From: Nemertoderma westbladi
Taxonomy: Eukaryota; Animalia; Xenacoelomorpha
Direction of reading: 5' to 3'
Assembly (NCBI GenBank): GCA_032718475.1
Contig: JAUCBJ010008295.1
Location: 62,202-126,201 of the forward strand
Length of the DNA stretch: 64,000 bases
Shown: positions 32,409-44,440 of the stretch, piece after piece
How the letters are laid out: each line of letters opens with the position of its first letter
Numbering within the stretch: the first letter of the stretch is position 1
Translations under genes and position numbers: made by a program
Notes under the pieces: model-generated
Databases searched by the model: none
What the model saw: the letters and a program-made list of their open reading frames with translations, nothing else
Told to the model about the DNA's origin: nothing

Positions 32409-34654
32409 GTTTGATTGTACAGTCGAATGCCTACTGCTATATTACAGTTAAAGCAAGTCTAGTAATTCAGTATCACTGTTAGCCTAATAATTAATTACCG
32501 ATACTGCTACTCAGTGTAGCGTGATATATATATAATATATTAGAATACCGGTATGCTTATAATATATATATAAGTATTATTACAGACTAGATTTGTCACA
32601 GAGTACCGGTATATAATTTTAGCACAAATATATAAATATATAATAGGCCTATCTTGAATACCGGTATACAGCTGACACTTATAGTATATATAAGTATAAT
32701 TATTACTAGAATTAATTACAGAATACCGGTATGATTTCAGCTCAAATTTATAGAAATAAATATAATAAGCCTATGGTAAATACTGGTATGTCAATTATTT
32801 TAGAATAATTGAATTTCTGAATATTTTAGGGTTACTTGGTTACTTTAACTTACTTTGTTACAGTTATTTAAGCAGTAGTCCAACTGATATGGAGACCTAG
32901 TTGTTGTATGGCAGGCCTACTATTTATAAATCGTTTGAGTTGATTTATAATATTTATATACCCGTTTAAAAGGGTTTTGTCAATATTTGAAATAAATGTT
33001 ATTATTTCTGGGGGAGTCACTACACAGAAGCTGTGCGCTCTCAGTGAAGTGCTATTTATTTGACACTAAAACTGATAATTCTAATTTACCTAAGTTACTT
33101 AATACTACAAATTACTTACGATACGGGTGAGATTAAATCTCTAATTAAACACAACAAAAATATTACGTACGAATTTTTAGGGTAATTTTACAGGAAGTCT
33201 ACAGACCAGTCTAACAAAGGGTTAGAATTTCTGGTTATTATTACGGACAGGGTACTACGGTATTTGAAAATAATAAGTAGTAGTAAATATATTGCACTGT
33301 CCAGATAGGAAAATACCACCGCCTGACGACCTATAACCGTATCGCTATAGGTACTACGTTATGTATCACGGATTGTTCCTACCTAGAAGTTAATTACCGC
33401 GGACTACCAGATCCAGCGTGCCTATTAACCACTTTACAACACAAATATACTGCCTACACACTAATTACTTTGGAAAGCACTGTACACTAAACCCTAAATT
33501 AGGTACAAGTACTGGTATAACAAATAATCAGCAGTTAAATATACTTGAACAGTTAAAAGAACCACAGCATCTGCTGGAGTGACCGAAGCACAAAGTCACC
33601 AGTCTTTACCTACGCCAAGCAGCCCGTGTAGTACCGGGGTTAATTTAACTATAACGGTATGTGTAACAAACACAATTACTGTAGGAATAAACTTGGGGAC
33701 ATGAATGTTGCGAATAATCGCATAAACTCTGAATAATAAATATTACGCTACCCGTACAGAATACTCAAACAAAATACAAACTGGCAGACTACCACCAAGC
33801 CTAAATAAACTACTGTATGTGCAGATTCCAAAACGGTTAGTTAGTATGCGTTCTAACACGGTAGTACGACTTATTCTTTAAGAGGGGATTGACCTTACAG
33901 TTATGACTACCCCAACTTACTAACTGGCACTTTATCAGACAAACTCTACACAAGCAGCAATCTCTTCAGACCTAATAATAGCTAGACAACAATCCAGCCT
34001 ACAAAATATCTGAGTAATAACTATTACGGTATCTGAACAGACCACACAAACAAACACAAGCCAAAACGCTGGCAGAATACTGTCAAGCCTAAATAAACTA
34101 CAGTATGTGCAGATTCTGAAATAGTTAGTTAGTATGCGTTCTAACACGGTAGTACGACTTATTCTTTAAGAGGGGATTGACCTTGCAGCATATGGCTGCC
34201 CCAACTTACTAACGGCACTCTATCAGACAAACTCTACACACGCCGTAATCTCTCCAAACTCAACAACAATCCGACAACAGTCTGGCCTACAATTATCTGA
34301 ACAATCTGAGCAGACTTACACGTCTTCAGCTCAATATTAACTTACATGTAAATAAAACCAACAGAAATAAGTAAAAATCTCAATAAAAAACCAGGGCTGC
34401 AGTCCCTGATTAAATACTAAGACCTACCGGTATACAATAATCAAAATCGAATAATACTAATATACTTATACTGGAAGTACCGGTTGGGACAGTTGGGCCT
34501 ACGGACCTACAGAAGTACCGGTTCTGGCAGTTGGACCTACGGACCTACAACAGTACCGGTTCTGGCAGTTGGGCCTACTGACCTACAGAAGTACCGGTTC
34601 AGGTTTACCGGTCGACCGGTACTTTCAACTTTATTGCTTACTGCAATAAAGTCA

Positions 34655-34665
34655 ATGACTGTTAT
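34655..34665 (-). promoter_or_regulatory. Non-tRNA primer-binding site candidate of E2 (self-complementary to LTR 35408-35418)
   Basis: Minus strand ATAACAGTCAT directly after the 5' LTR pairs with minus-strand ATGACTGTTAT at 35418-35408. Confidence 0.75.
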
Positions 34666-35919
34666 TGTACGCGCTTTTGGAAGACCTTTAGCAGTTTAAC
34701 CTGCCAAAATTTATATGTCTTTTGGTTTATCAATATACTTTAGAAGATGACAAATATTTAATACCAATAAACACAACATTAGCAGAAGCCAGCCTAGTGC
34801 GCGTCCATTCACCCGCTGGATATTCCCGGGAGACTGGATTCTGAGGGCTTAGATTATTATTGCAGTGAAGCTTACTGTATTATTCGATTGATCGTTAATA
34901 AATAATTTCTGACTAATATTATTCACTTTCGGGAAATATTAACAGTTCCTTTAGGACGTGGCGCTCTATCTAAGTAAACAGAGATATGACTTATACTAAT
35001 CACAACGGTAAGTCGGTAAGGCTTATGATTCACGTATGAGGCGCATTCTTTAGGAAATGCTTAGTTATCGGTCACAATCATGCACACTACCGGTAACACA
35101 CAATACTGCTCATTAATTTGCCGCCCGTCAATTTATTTTATCATATATAAAGGGAATAGCAACGGACCAATGTAGTGCTTATCAAATAGCATTAAATTCA
35201 CTACAAACCACAACAATATAAGTCGCAATCGCTATATATATAACCCGTCTCTCTAACCTGTAGTGTATCAAGAAAATTGGGAAATTTGGGTTCTTTATAT
35301 ATGTTCTCCAAATAATATTCAACCAAACACAACAGTAAATAGCAGTATAATAATGTATGTTGAACAGTAATAACAACAAAGTATTGAATTGTGAATGGAT
35401 TTGACTGATAACAGTCATACGCTCTATAATTTAAGCCTACTAATGTTTCTTCTTAAAGTATGAAAAGAATTAACTCTAGAGCCGGTGTTTCTGACTTAGA
35501 CAGCAATAACAACAAAGTACCAAGTAAAAAACAGTAAGACTGAACACTCTCCTTATGATCGGCCGAAAAGCTACACGTCGACAGGAAAAATCGCTCTGAT
35601 TGGCTCAAGCCAAACAAAGAACCATGTGTCCAATGGCTGTTTCCATGTCAGCAACCAGCTGTTAGATGTCGTAATATGAATCATCACGGCTAAGCTGTGA
35701 AAGGTAGTTGGTGCATTGCAGGCTTTTTGCCTTACCATGTCCGCCAAAACACGTATATAGCAGAATGACTTTTATGTCCGTTAAAACACCTGTAACGGTA
35801 CCTTGAGGGCGAGGGGAATATTTATACAGTTAGAGAACCTTTTTAGAGTATTCCAGCGCCTGGGGGGAAACTGGATTGCGAAGCAAAAGGGCCAGTTATA
35901 TCCCACAGAAGCTTTTACA
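34666..35919 (-). repeat. E2 5' LTR (1254 bp)
   Basis: Direct repeat of 23889-25142. Confidence 0.96.
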
Positions 35920-35924
35920 TGTGC

Positions 35925-36760
35925 AGTGTTTACATTCTGTCCTGAGCCAGGAGAGAGCGGCTTGGAAATATTTTGTGCTGTTCTGTTTTTAGCCTAACAC
36001 TAGTAGGCTTAATTATAAGGACATATATCCGTTATCTCAACTCAAATCATAACATACCATACCTAATCAAACACTGTGCATACTTTATATTGTTATACTG
36101 CTATTTACTGTCGGTCCTTCATAATATGGTTGATGAATTATTATATTTGGAATAACGATAAATAACCCCGAAACCCAATATTCTTGATATACCGAAGGTA
36201 AGAGAGAAAGGTTATATATAACGATTGTGACTTATGTTAAAGTGGTTTGAAGTGAATCTAATGTTATTTGATAGACCCTACATGAGTCGATCCGTGTTCC
36301 TTTTATATGTGACTAAAATCAGTGAAGATCGGCAGATTAGTGTGCAGTATTGTGCAGCATTGTGTATGAGTGAGACTGATAACGAAGCATTTCCTAAAGA
36401 ATGCGCCATATATGTGAATTATAACTAAGCCATATCGTTGTGAGTAGTTTAAGTCATAACTCTGTTTATATAGATAGAGCGCCACGTCCTAAAGGAACTG
36501 TTAATATTTCCCGAAGGTGAATAATATTGTCAGAGATTATATAATACTGTCAGTCGAATAATACATTAGGCTTACATAGCAATAAGATTAAGCCGTCGAA
36601 CCCAATCTCCCGGGTATATCCAGCGGGTGAATGATCGCGCACAGATTGGTTTCGACTAGTGTAGTGAATCAAATACTTGTCATAGGCTAAAAGTGATTTA
36701 TTATCTAAAAGACATCCTAATTTGGCGGGTTAAACTGCCAAAGGTCTGAAAGCGCGAACA
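35925..36760 (+). repeat. E1 3' LTR, right fragment
   Basis: Matches 9125-9960; 365+836 = 1201 bp; followed by TSD AGTTG. Confidence 0.96.
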
Positions 36761-39700
36761 AGTTGGAAGGGATTCAAGCAGCCATGAACGTTGGTTATTG
36801 TGATGGGTGGGGAGGGAATTCAAGCAGCCATGAACGTTGGTTATTGTGTTGAGTGGGAAGGGATTCAAGCAGCCATTAACGTTGGTTATTGTGATGGCTG
36901 GGGAAGGATTCAAGCAGCCATGAACGTTGGTTATTGTGATGGGTTGGAAGGGATTCAAGCAGCCATTAACGTTGGTTATTGTGTTGAGTGGGAAGGGATT
37001 CAAGCAGCCATTAACGTTGGTTATTGTGATGGCTGGGGAAGGATTCAAGCAGCCATGAACGTTGGTTATTGTGATGGGTGGGAAGGGATTCAAGCAGCCA
37101 TGAACGTTGGATATTGTGTTGGGTGGGAAGGGATTCAAGCAGCCATGAACGTTGGTTATTGTGTTGAGTGGGAAGGGATTCAAGCAGCCATTAACGTTGG
37201 TTATTGTGTTGAGTGGGAAGGGATTCAAGCAGCCATGAACGTTGGTTATTGTGATGGGTGGGGAGGGAATTCAAGCAGCCATGAACGTTGGTTATTGTGA
37301 TGGGTGGGGAGGGAATTCAAGCAGCCATGAACGTTGGTTATTGTGTTGAGTGGGAAGGGATTCAAGCAGCCATTAACGTTGGTTATTGTGATGGGTGGGG
37401 AAGGATTCAAGCAGCCATGAACGTTGGTTATTGTGATGGGTGGGAAGGGATTCAAGCAGCCATGAACGTTGGTTATTGTGTTGAGTGGGAAGGGATTCAA
37501 GCAGCCATTAACGTTGGTTATTGTGTTGAGTGGGGAGGGAATTCAAGCAGCCATGAACGTTGGTTATTGTGTTGAGTGAGAAGGAATTCAAGCAGCCATG
37601 AACGTTGGTTATTGTGATGGGTGGGAAGGGATTCAAGCAGCCATGAACGTTGGATATTGTGTTGGGTGGGAAGGGATTCAAGCAGCCATGAACGTTGGTT
37701 ATTGTGTTGAGTGGGAAGGGATTCAAGCAGCCATTAACGTTGGTTATTGTGTTGAGTGGGAAGGGATTCAAGCAGCCATTAACGTTGGTTATTGTGATGG
37801 GTGGGGAGGGAATTCAAGCAGTCATGAACGTTGGTTATTGTGTTGAGTGGGAAGGGATTCAAGCAGCCATGAACGTTGGTTATTGTGATGGGTGGGAAGG
37901 GATTCAAACAGCCATGAACGTTGGTTATTGTGTTGGGTGGGAAGGGATTCAAGCAGCCATGAACGTTGGTTATTGTGTTGAGTGGGAAGGGATTCAAGCA
38001 GCCATTAACGTTGGTTATTGTGATGGGTGGGGAGGGAATTCAAGCAGCCATGAACGTTGGTTATTGTGTTGAGTGAGAAGGGATTCAAGCAGCCATGAAC
38101 GTTGGTTATTGTGATGGGTGGGAAGGGATTCAAACAGCCATGAACGTTGGTTATTGTGATGGGTGGGAAGGGATTCAAGCAGCCATGAGCGTTGTTTATT
38201 GTGTTGGGTGGGAAGGGATTCAAGCAGCCATGAACGTTGGTTATTGTGTTGAGTGGGAAGGGATTCAAGCAGCCATGAACGTTGGTTATTGTGTTGAGCG
38301 GGAAGGGATTCAAGCAGCCATGAACGTTGGTTATTGTGATGGGTGGGAAGGGATTCAAGCAGCCATGAACGTTGGTTATTGTGTTGGGTGGGAAGGGATT
38401 CAAGCAACCATGAACGTTGGTTATTGTGTTGAGTGGGAAGGGATTCAAACAGCCATGAACTTTGGTTATTGTGATGGGTGGGAAGGGATTCAAGCAGCCA
38501 TGAACGTTGGTTATTGTGTTGAGTGGGAAGGGATTCAAGCAGCCATGAACTTTGGTTATTGTGATGGGTGGGAAGGGATTCAAGCAGCCATGAACGTTGG
38601 TTATTGTGTTGGGTGGGAAGGGATTCAAGCAACCATGAACGTTGGTTATTGTGTTGAGTGGGAAGGGATTCAAACAGCCATGAACTTTGGTTATTGTGAT
38701 GGGTGGGAAGGGATTCAAGCAGCCATGAACGTTGGTTATTGTGTTGAGTGGGAAGGGATTCAAGCAGCCATGAACGTTGGTTATTGTGATGGGTGGGAAG
38801 GGATTCAAGCAGCCATGAACGTTGGTTATTGTGTTGAGTGGGAAGGGATTCAAGCATCCATTAACGTTGGTTATTGTGTTGAGTGGGGAGGGAATTCAAG
38901 CAGCCATGAACGTTGGTTATTGTGTTGAGTGAGAAGGAATTCAAGCAGCCATGAACGTTGGTTATTGTGATGGGTGGGAAGGGATTCAAGCAGCCATGAA
39001 CGTTGGATATTGTGTTGGGTGGGAAGGGATTCAAGCAGCCATGAACGTTGGTTATTGTGTTGAGTGGGAAGGGATTCAAGCAGCCATTAACGTTGGTTAT
39101 TGTGTTGAGTGGGAAGGGATTCAAGCAGCCATTAACGTTGGTTATTGTGATGGGTGGGGAGGGAATTCAAGCAGTCATGAACGTTGGTTATTGTGTTGAG
39201 TGGGAAGGGATTCAAGCAGCCATGAACGTTGGTTATTGTGATGGGTGGGAAGGGATTCAAACAGCCATGAACGTTGGTTATTGTGTTGGGTGGGAAGGGA
39301 TTCAAGCAGCCATGAACGTTGGTTATTGTGTTGAGTGGGAAGGGATTCAAGCAGCCATTAACGTTGGTTATTGTGATGGGTGGGGAGGGAATTCAAGCAG
39401 CCATGAACGTTGGTTATTGTGTTGAGTGAGAAGGGATTCAAGCAGCCATGAACGTTGGTTATTGTGATGGGTGGGAAGGGATTCAAACAGCCATGAACGT
39501 TGGTTATTGTGATGGGTGGGAAGGGATTCAAGCAGCCATGAGCGTTGTTTATTGTGTTGGGTGGGAAGGGATTCAAGCAGCCATGAACGTTGGTTATTGT
39601 GTTGAGTGGGAAGGGATTCAAGCAGCCATGAACGTTGGTTATTGTGTTGAGCGGGAAGGGATTCAAGCAGCCATGAACGTTGGTTATTGTGATGGGTGGG

Positions 39701-40600
39701 AAGGGATTCAAGCAGCCATGAACGTTGGTTATTGTGTTGGGTGGGAAGGGATTCAAGCAACCATGAACGTTGGTTATTGTGTTGAGTGGGAAGGGATTCA
39801 AACAGCCATGAACTTTGGTTATTGTGATGGGTGGGAAGGGATTCAAGCAGCCATGAACGTTGGTTATTGTGTTGAGTGGGAAGGGATTCAAGCAGCCATG
39901 AACTTTGGTTATTGTGATGGGTGGGAAGGGATTCAAGCAGCCATGAACGTTGGTTATTGTGTTGGGTGGGAAGGGATTCAAGCAACCATGAACGTTGGTT
40001 ATTGTGTTGAGTGGGAAGGGATTCAAACAGCCATGAACTTTGGTTATTGTGATGGGTGGGAAGGGATTCAAGCAGCCATGAACGTTGGTTATTGTGTTGA
40101 GTGGGAAGGGATTCAAGCAGCCATTAACGTTGGTTATTGTGATGGGTGGGGAGGGAATTCAAGCAGCCATGAACGTTGGTTATTGTGGTGAGTGAGAAGG
40201 GATTCAAGCAGCCATGAACGTTGGTTATTGTGATGGGTGGGAAGGGATTCAAACAGCCATGAACGTTGGTTATTGTGATGGGTGGGAAGGGATTCAAGCA
40301 GCCATGAGCGTTGTTTATTGTGTTGGGTGGGAAGGGATTCAAGCAGCCATGAACGTTGGTTATTGTGTTGAGTGGGAAGAGATTCAAGCAACCATGTACT
40401 TTGGTTATTGTGATGGGTGGGAAGGGATTCAAGCAGCCATGAACGTTGGTTATTGTGTTGAGCGGGAAGGGATTCAAACAGTCATGAACTTTGGTTATTG
40501 TGATGGGTGGGAAGGGATTCAAGCAGCCATGAACGTTGGTTATTGTGTTGAGTGGGAAGGGATTCAAGCGGCCATAAAGAAGCCAATTGGTTATTGTGTT
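36761..40600. repeat. 45-bp satellite, right arm, with a 1353-bp higher-order duplication
   Basis: Same unit as 8214-8759; identical ORF-track entries recur at offset 1353 (37508/38861, 37598/38951, 37695/39048). Confidence 0.97.
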
Positions 40601-41769
40601 GGCTTACGTTGGTTTAATGGAAGTTGTTTCGTTTAGATCAGGGGGATGGGATGGAGTTGGTTAGTTTAGCTGATGCAGAACATCGTATCCTTATGGAGTT
40701 AGCACGTTACACTGAACACGGACGAACGTAGAGACCGAGTCCAAATATGGTCTTCAGAATTGGCAAGAGTTTCAATGTATAACATTTTTGTAGCTAATTT
40801 CTTATTTTAACATCATATGAAGGATATAAGTTATATAACTGTTAATTACCCCACCCTTAATTAATATAATATGTATTGTTGGAATAATATGATGTAATTA
40901 AGTATGTTTATAACATTTAGTTATATATCTTTATTACTTTTTCAACAGCTTCTCAACCAGATGTGTTGATCTTTTGATCTGTTGATCTGTCGTTCTGTTG
41001 TGTCCAATTTTTAACCAAACTTGGTACACATGTAGTCTGGCCAAAGTTTAGAAATTTTCCAAGTTGAATTTCCGTGTGGCTTTCGAGAAGCTAAGATAAT
41101 AGCAGTTAATTTGTTAATTAAGTTGATTAGGGCAAAAACATAAATTTCAACCTGCCTCCTTAAAGGATATTAATTATTTTCTAGTATAAGATTTAAATAA
41201 TTATACTTAAAAGTTATACAGCTGTAATCCCCATACAACATTCCATTATAGTTTTTAATTAGTTCAAGTGATTTGCTTTAAGAAATGTGTTTTTAATGGA
41301 TCTAAACGTAATTAAGTTAAAATGCATTCCATCACTCTATACTTCCAGTCGCATTCTTGATATTGCCTATTAGATGGGAAACACGTTCGTGGGGCCATCG
41401 CGCAGGACGAGGCTCAGTTACCAGATACATATTAAAATTGAGCGACTGTATCACAAAATCAGGTTTTGAGAAATTTACCCACACCACCAAACGTCGTTGT
41501 GCTCGTCCTGTTTTGTATTTAAACATATTTCCTAAACGCAGACTGACGGACGATCTTTATAACTACCGATGTCTTCAATAGGCGAAGCCAGGTATGGTTA
41601 ATAGGAATATAGTCTACGCAGTACTCGTCTTCATTATATGCCTCGTTGCGCTTGTCGCTCGTCCTGTTTTACATTAATATATTTTTCCTAAACCAAGACT
41701 GACGATCTTTATACAATTATAACTATGCGAAGTTTCGAAACTGTGCGAGTAACTGCTGATACATCTATG

Positions 41770-42140
41770 TGGTATGTATGTCTGTCAGTCTGTCTGTCAA
41801 AAAATAAGGTAGCCTATTATGTAATAAAAACATTTACCATGGGGGTTTTCCATGTCTCTGATTTCATATCTGATGACAGTTTTTACGACTGACCACTCTA
41901 GGATGTATGTGTCTGTATGTATGTCTGTTTGTCTGTCAGTCTGTCTGTCAAAAAATAAGGAAGCCTATTATGTAATAAAAACATTTGCCATGGGGGTTTT
42001 CCATGTCTCTGATTTCATTTCTGATGTCAGTTTTACGACTGACCAACTCTAGGCTGTCTGTCTGTATGTCTGTTAGTCTGTCTGTTAAAAAATAAGGAAG
42101 CATATTATGTAATAAAAACATTCGCCATGGGGGTTTTTCA
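41770..42140. repeat. ~150-bp unit in about 2.5 tandem copies with (TCTG)n tracts; probable non-autonomous DNA element remnant
   Basis: TCTGTCAAAAAATAAGG..TATTATGTAATAAAAACATT..CCATGGGGGTTTT occurs three times. Confidence 0.7.
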
Positions 42141-43399
42141 GGTTGCGCAGGTTTTTCGTGCACCAAATTGGGTGCCAAAAAGTTCAATTTCCCACATCTG
42201 GGTAACCCTAAAACATGTTACATTGTAATTAGCACCTCAAAAAACCCCATATGGCATTGAATAGTGATCGAATATCGTATCTGCAAAAAATGTGCAAAAT
42301 TTTGCAGTTTTTTTGTTTGACAACATGAAAACTGATATTTCACAGAAACCGCACATGTTTATTTCAAATTTTAGTGACTTTTAAAAAATCGAAATACATT
42401 ACAAAAATATACCACCTGAAAGAGCGAAAAATTATTTATCAAAATAGGGCAATAAACTTCGATTTTTTGACGAATAACGCCTTTCTATGTATATGCACCG
42501 CCACATATTCACGGACATGGTGCATTAAATTAATAGGCTTGATAATTTAGAATATTTTAAGCTAGTGGTTATGATTACTACTGTACTACGCGAGAGATTC
42601 ACAAAATATTTCTGATTTTAATTTGAGTGGTACATAATGTATAATTATTATTATATTTATAAGTTACGAATGCAGTTGCGATTAAACCGCAGAACACCAC
42701 GTCGAATATGATAATAACTGCGGCAGCAGCGCAGCACTTTGTTAATAACTGGAATACCCACATCCACAACCTCAACGTGCGACATGTAATAAGTGACATG
42801 GAAACTGTGAGCATGGCACAACAGGTGTTTATGCCGAGGCCTACTAACAGTTGAGGCCTACTTACTAGTTCTACAGTAACTGATACCGTTATTTTATAAA
42901 ACTTCTACCTCGTCTACATTTTGTTGAAAGTTTCCGCAAGGTTGTAGACCTAAATAAGCATTATATTCAAATTCGGTGGAAAATAAAATGTTTGGTTATT
43001 TCAGTCACCCTAGACCCTCCCAGTTCACCCTAGACCATCCGAATTCGAATTTCCCATCATCAATAAAAAAAAACTTTTAAGAGTATGATTTTTTTTTGGT
43101 AGTACAGATCGGATAGGCAGAAACTACTAGTTTCTTATGTAGGAATGAAGATGTCAAGAGGTGGATGTCTCCTGGAAAATTGCACGTGTTTGAAAAAAAA
43201 ATCTTTAACTTCTGATCCGTTATCTAAACATTTGGGAAAAGTTGTTAGATCACTCTGGTGAACTCCTAGTAAAGCTGAAAACTTCCACTTTGCAGCTTTA
43301 CTGTCTAATTGTCACAACGCTGCTTAGTAATGAATATCTGAGTAACAATAAACAATTTATTCATTCAACTTAGAATGGGTGATAGCGGTTGTGTCGTTC

Positions 43400-43625
43400 C
43401 TCTTTGGTGTTTGAACAATTGGTTGCATTGAATTCACTTTGAATCTCTCCGGAGGTCGTGGGTTCGATCCCCGCATGGGGACCTGTGCAGTTTTCGTATC
43501 GACACGTATGCTTGAATAATGGGACTAGCCAGGGCACATCTCTGCCTTGCATGCTTAAATGGTAGCTAAATGAGTACTGGAGTTTCCTCTGGGGAGTATA
43601 GTTTTGTGGGGGCCGCATTGGAAAT
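43400..43625 (+). mobile_element. Degenerate tRNA-derived SINE
   Basis: B box GTGGGTTCGATCCCCGC at about 43458; A box degenerate; no complete cloverleaf. Confidence 0.45.
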
Positions 43626-44179
43626 AAGTCGTTAAGATGTTACTTTACCATTTTTTAATTGTATGATAAATATTAGTTGACAGAATGTAACACAATTATG
43701 TGTATATAATATATAATATATATATATATATATTATACACACCATTGTATGAAAAGAGCGCTATTCATCGTTTATGACCATTATCTATCTATTTACGTAA
43801 ACCTCCCTCGCTGCGTTCTTTCGGTACAGACAGATACATAAATACAGTGGGATCAGAGCGCTGAAAAGTGGTACTTTTCACATGATGATGTAAATAGTTA
43901 TAACATAATAAATTATATCTTACCTATTAGGGGCCTATACATATATTATATTACTGTTTTAATGACATAACAAACATCAGTTAATAATTATAAAGGGTGC
44001 AGTTAACTATTACATATAATAATTGGTAAATTTATAAAATGATTTAAATAGGAAACGTGATTTTTTTGGATTAATAACTCAACCAAATTTTCTCACATTA
44101 TTATAATAAACAAATAATACTTTATTCAAATCATACAACGTTCTTTTCTAGAAAATATAAACTTTAAATACTAGACCAA

Positions 44180-44440
44180 GCAGCAGCTTGGTCTAGCGGT
44201 GACATTACTGGGCTTCCAATTAGGGAGCCCTGGTTCGATCCCTAGATGGGGCAGCTCTATTTGGGTACAGTGCTTTAAATGCTGCAGCCCAGCCCAACCC
44301 CGGCTTTCATCCTTCAGTGTTCGATAAATGGGAACCAAAGCAACTTTGTGATCAGAGTGGAAGGGTTTACTGTGGAAGATCACCCATAGTGGTGAACAGG
44401 CATTCCTTGGCTTAATGAGCCTAAAAGAATATCCCATTCC
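44180..44440 (+). mobile_element. tRNA-derived SINE with Meta-like domain
   Basis: A box TGGTCTAGCGG, B box GGTTCGATCC, then CCGGCTTTCATCCTTCAGTGTTCGATAAATGGGAACC, similar to the central domain of the SINE at 4437-4660. Confidence 0.65.

Larger units (their letters stand above)
23889..35919 (-). mobile_element. Non-autonomous BEL/Pao element E2 (12,031 bp) nested in the E1 3' LTR
   Basis: Own 1254-bp LTR pair, TSD TGTGC (23884-23888, 35920-35924), gag and protease retained; RT, most RNase H and integrase deleted. Confidence 0.95.
8760..36760 (+). mobile_element. BEL/Pao LTR retrotransposon E1 (full length ~16 kb plus a nested 12-kb insertion)
   Basis: TG...CA LTRs of 1201 bp, 5-bp TSD AGTTG (8755-8759 and 36761-36765), gag-PR-RT-RH-IN single ORF, PPT-like tract before the 3' LTR. 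Confidence 0.96.

Noticed and set aside
8760-36760. One giant 28-kb element with inverted internal arms, or a fold-back assembly artefact
   Set aside because: Two separate TSDs and two distinct LTR pairs explain it as a nested insertion; the arms are diverged, not mirror copies.
36701-40636. Long repetitive ORFs (MNVGYCDGWEGIQAA, NPFPPITITNVHGCL) and their counterparts at 8081-8777
   Set aside because: Translation of a 45-bp satellite that is open in several frames on both strands; broken by 1-nt indels and a TE insertion.
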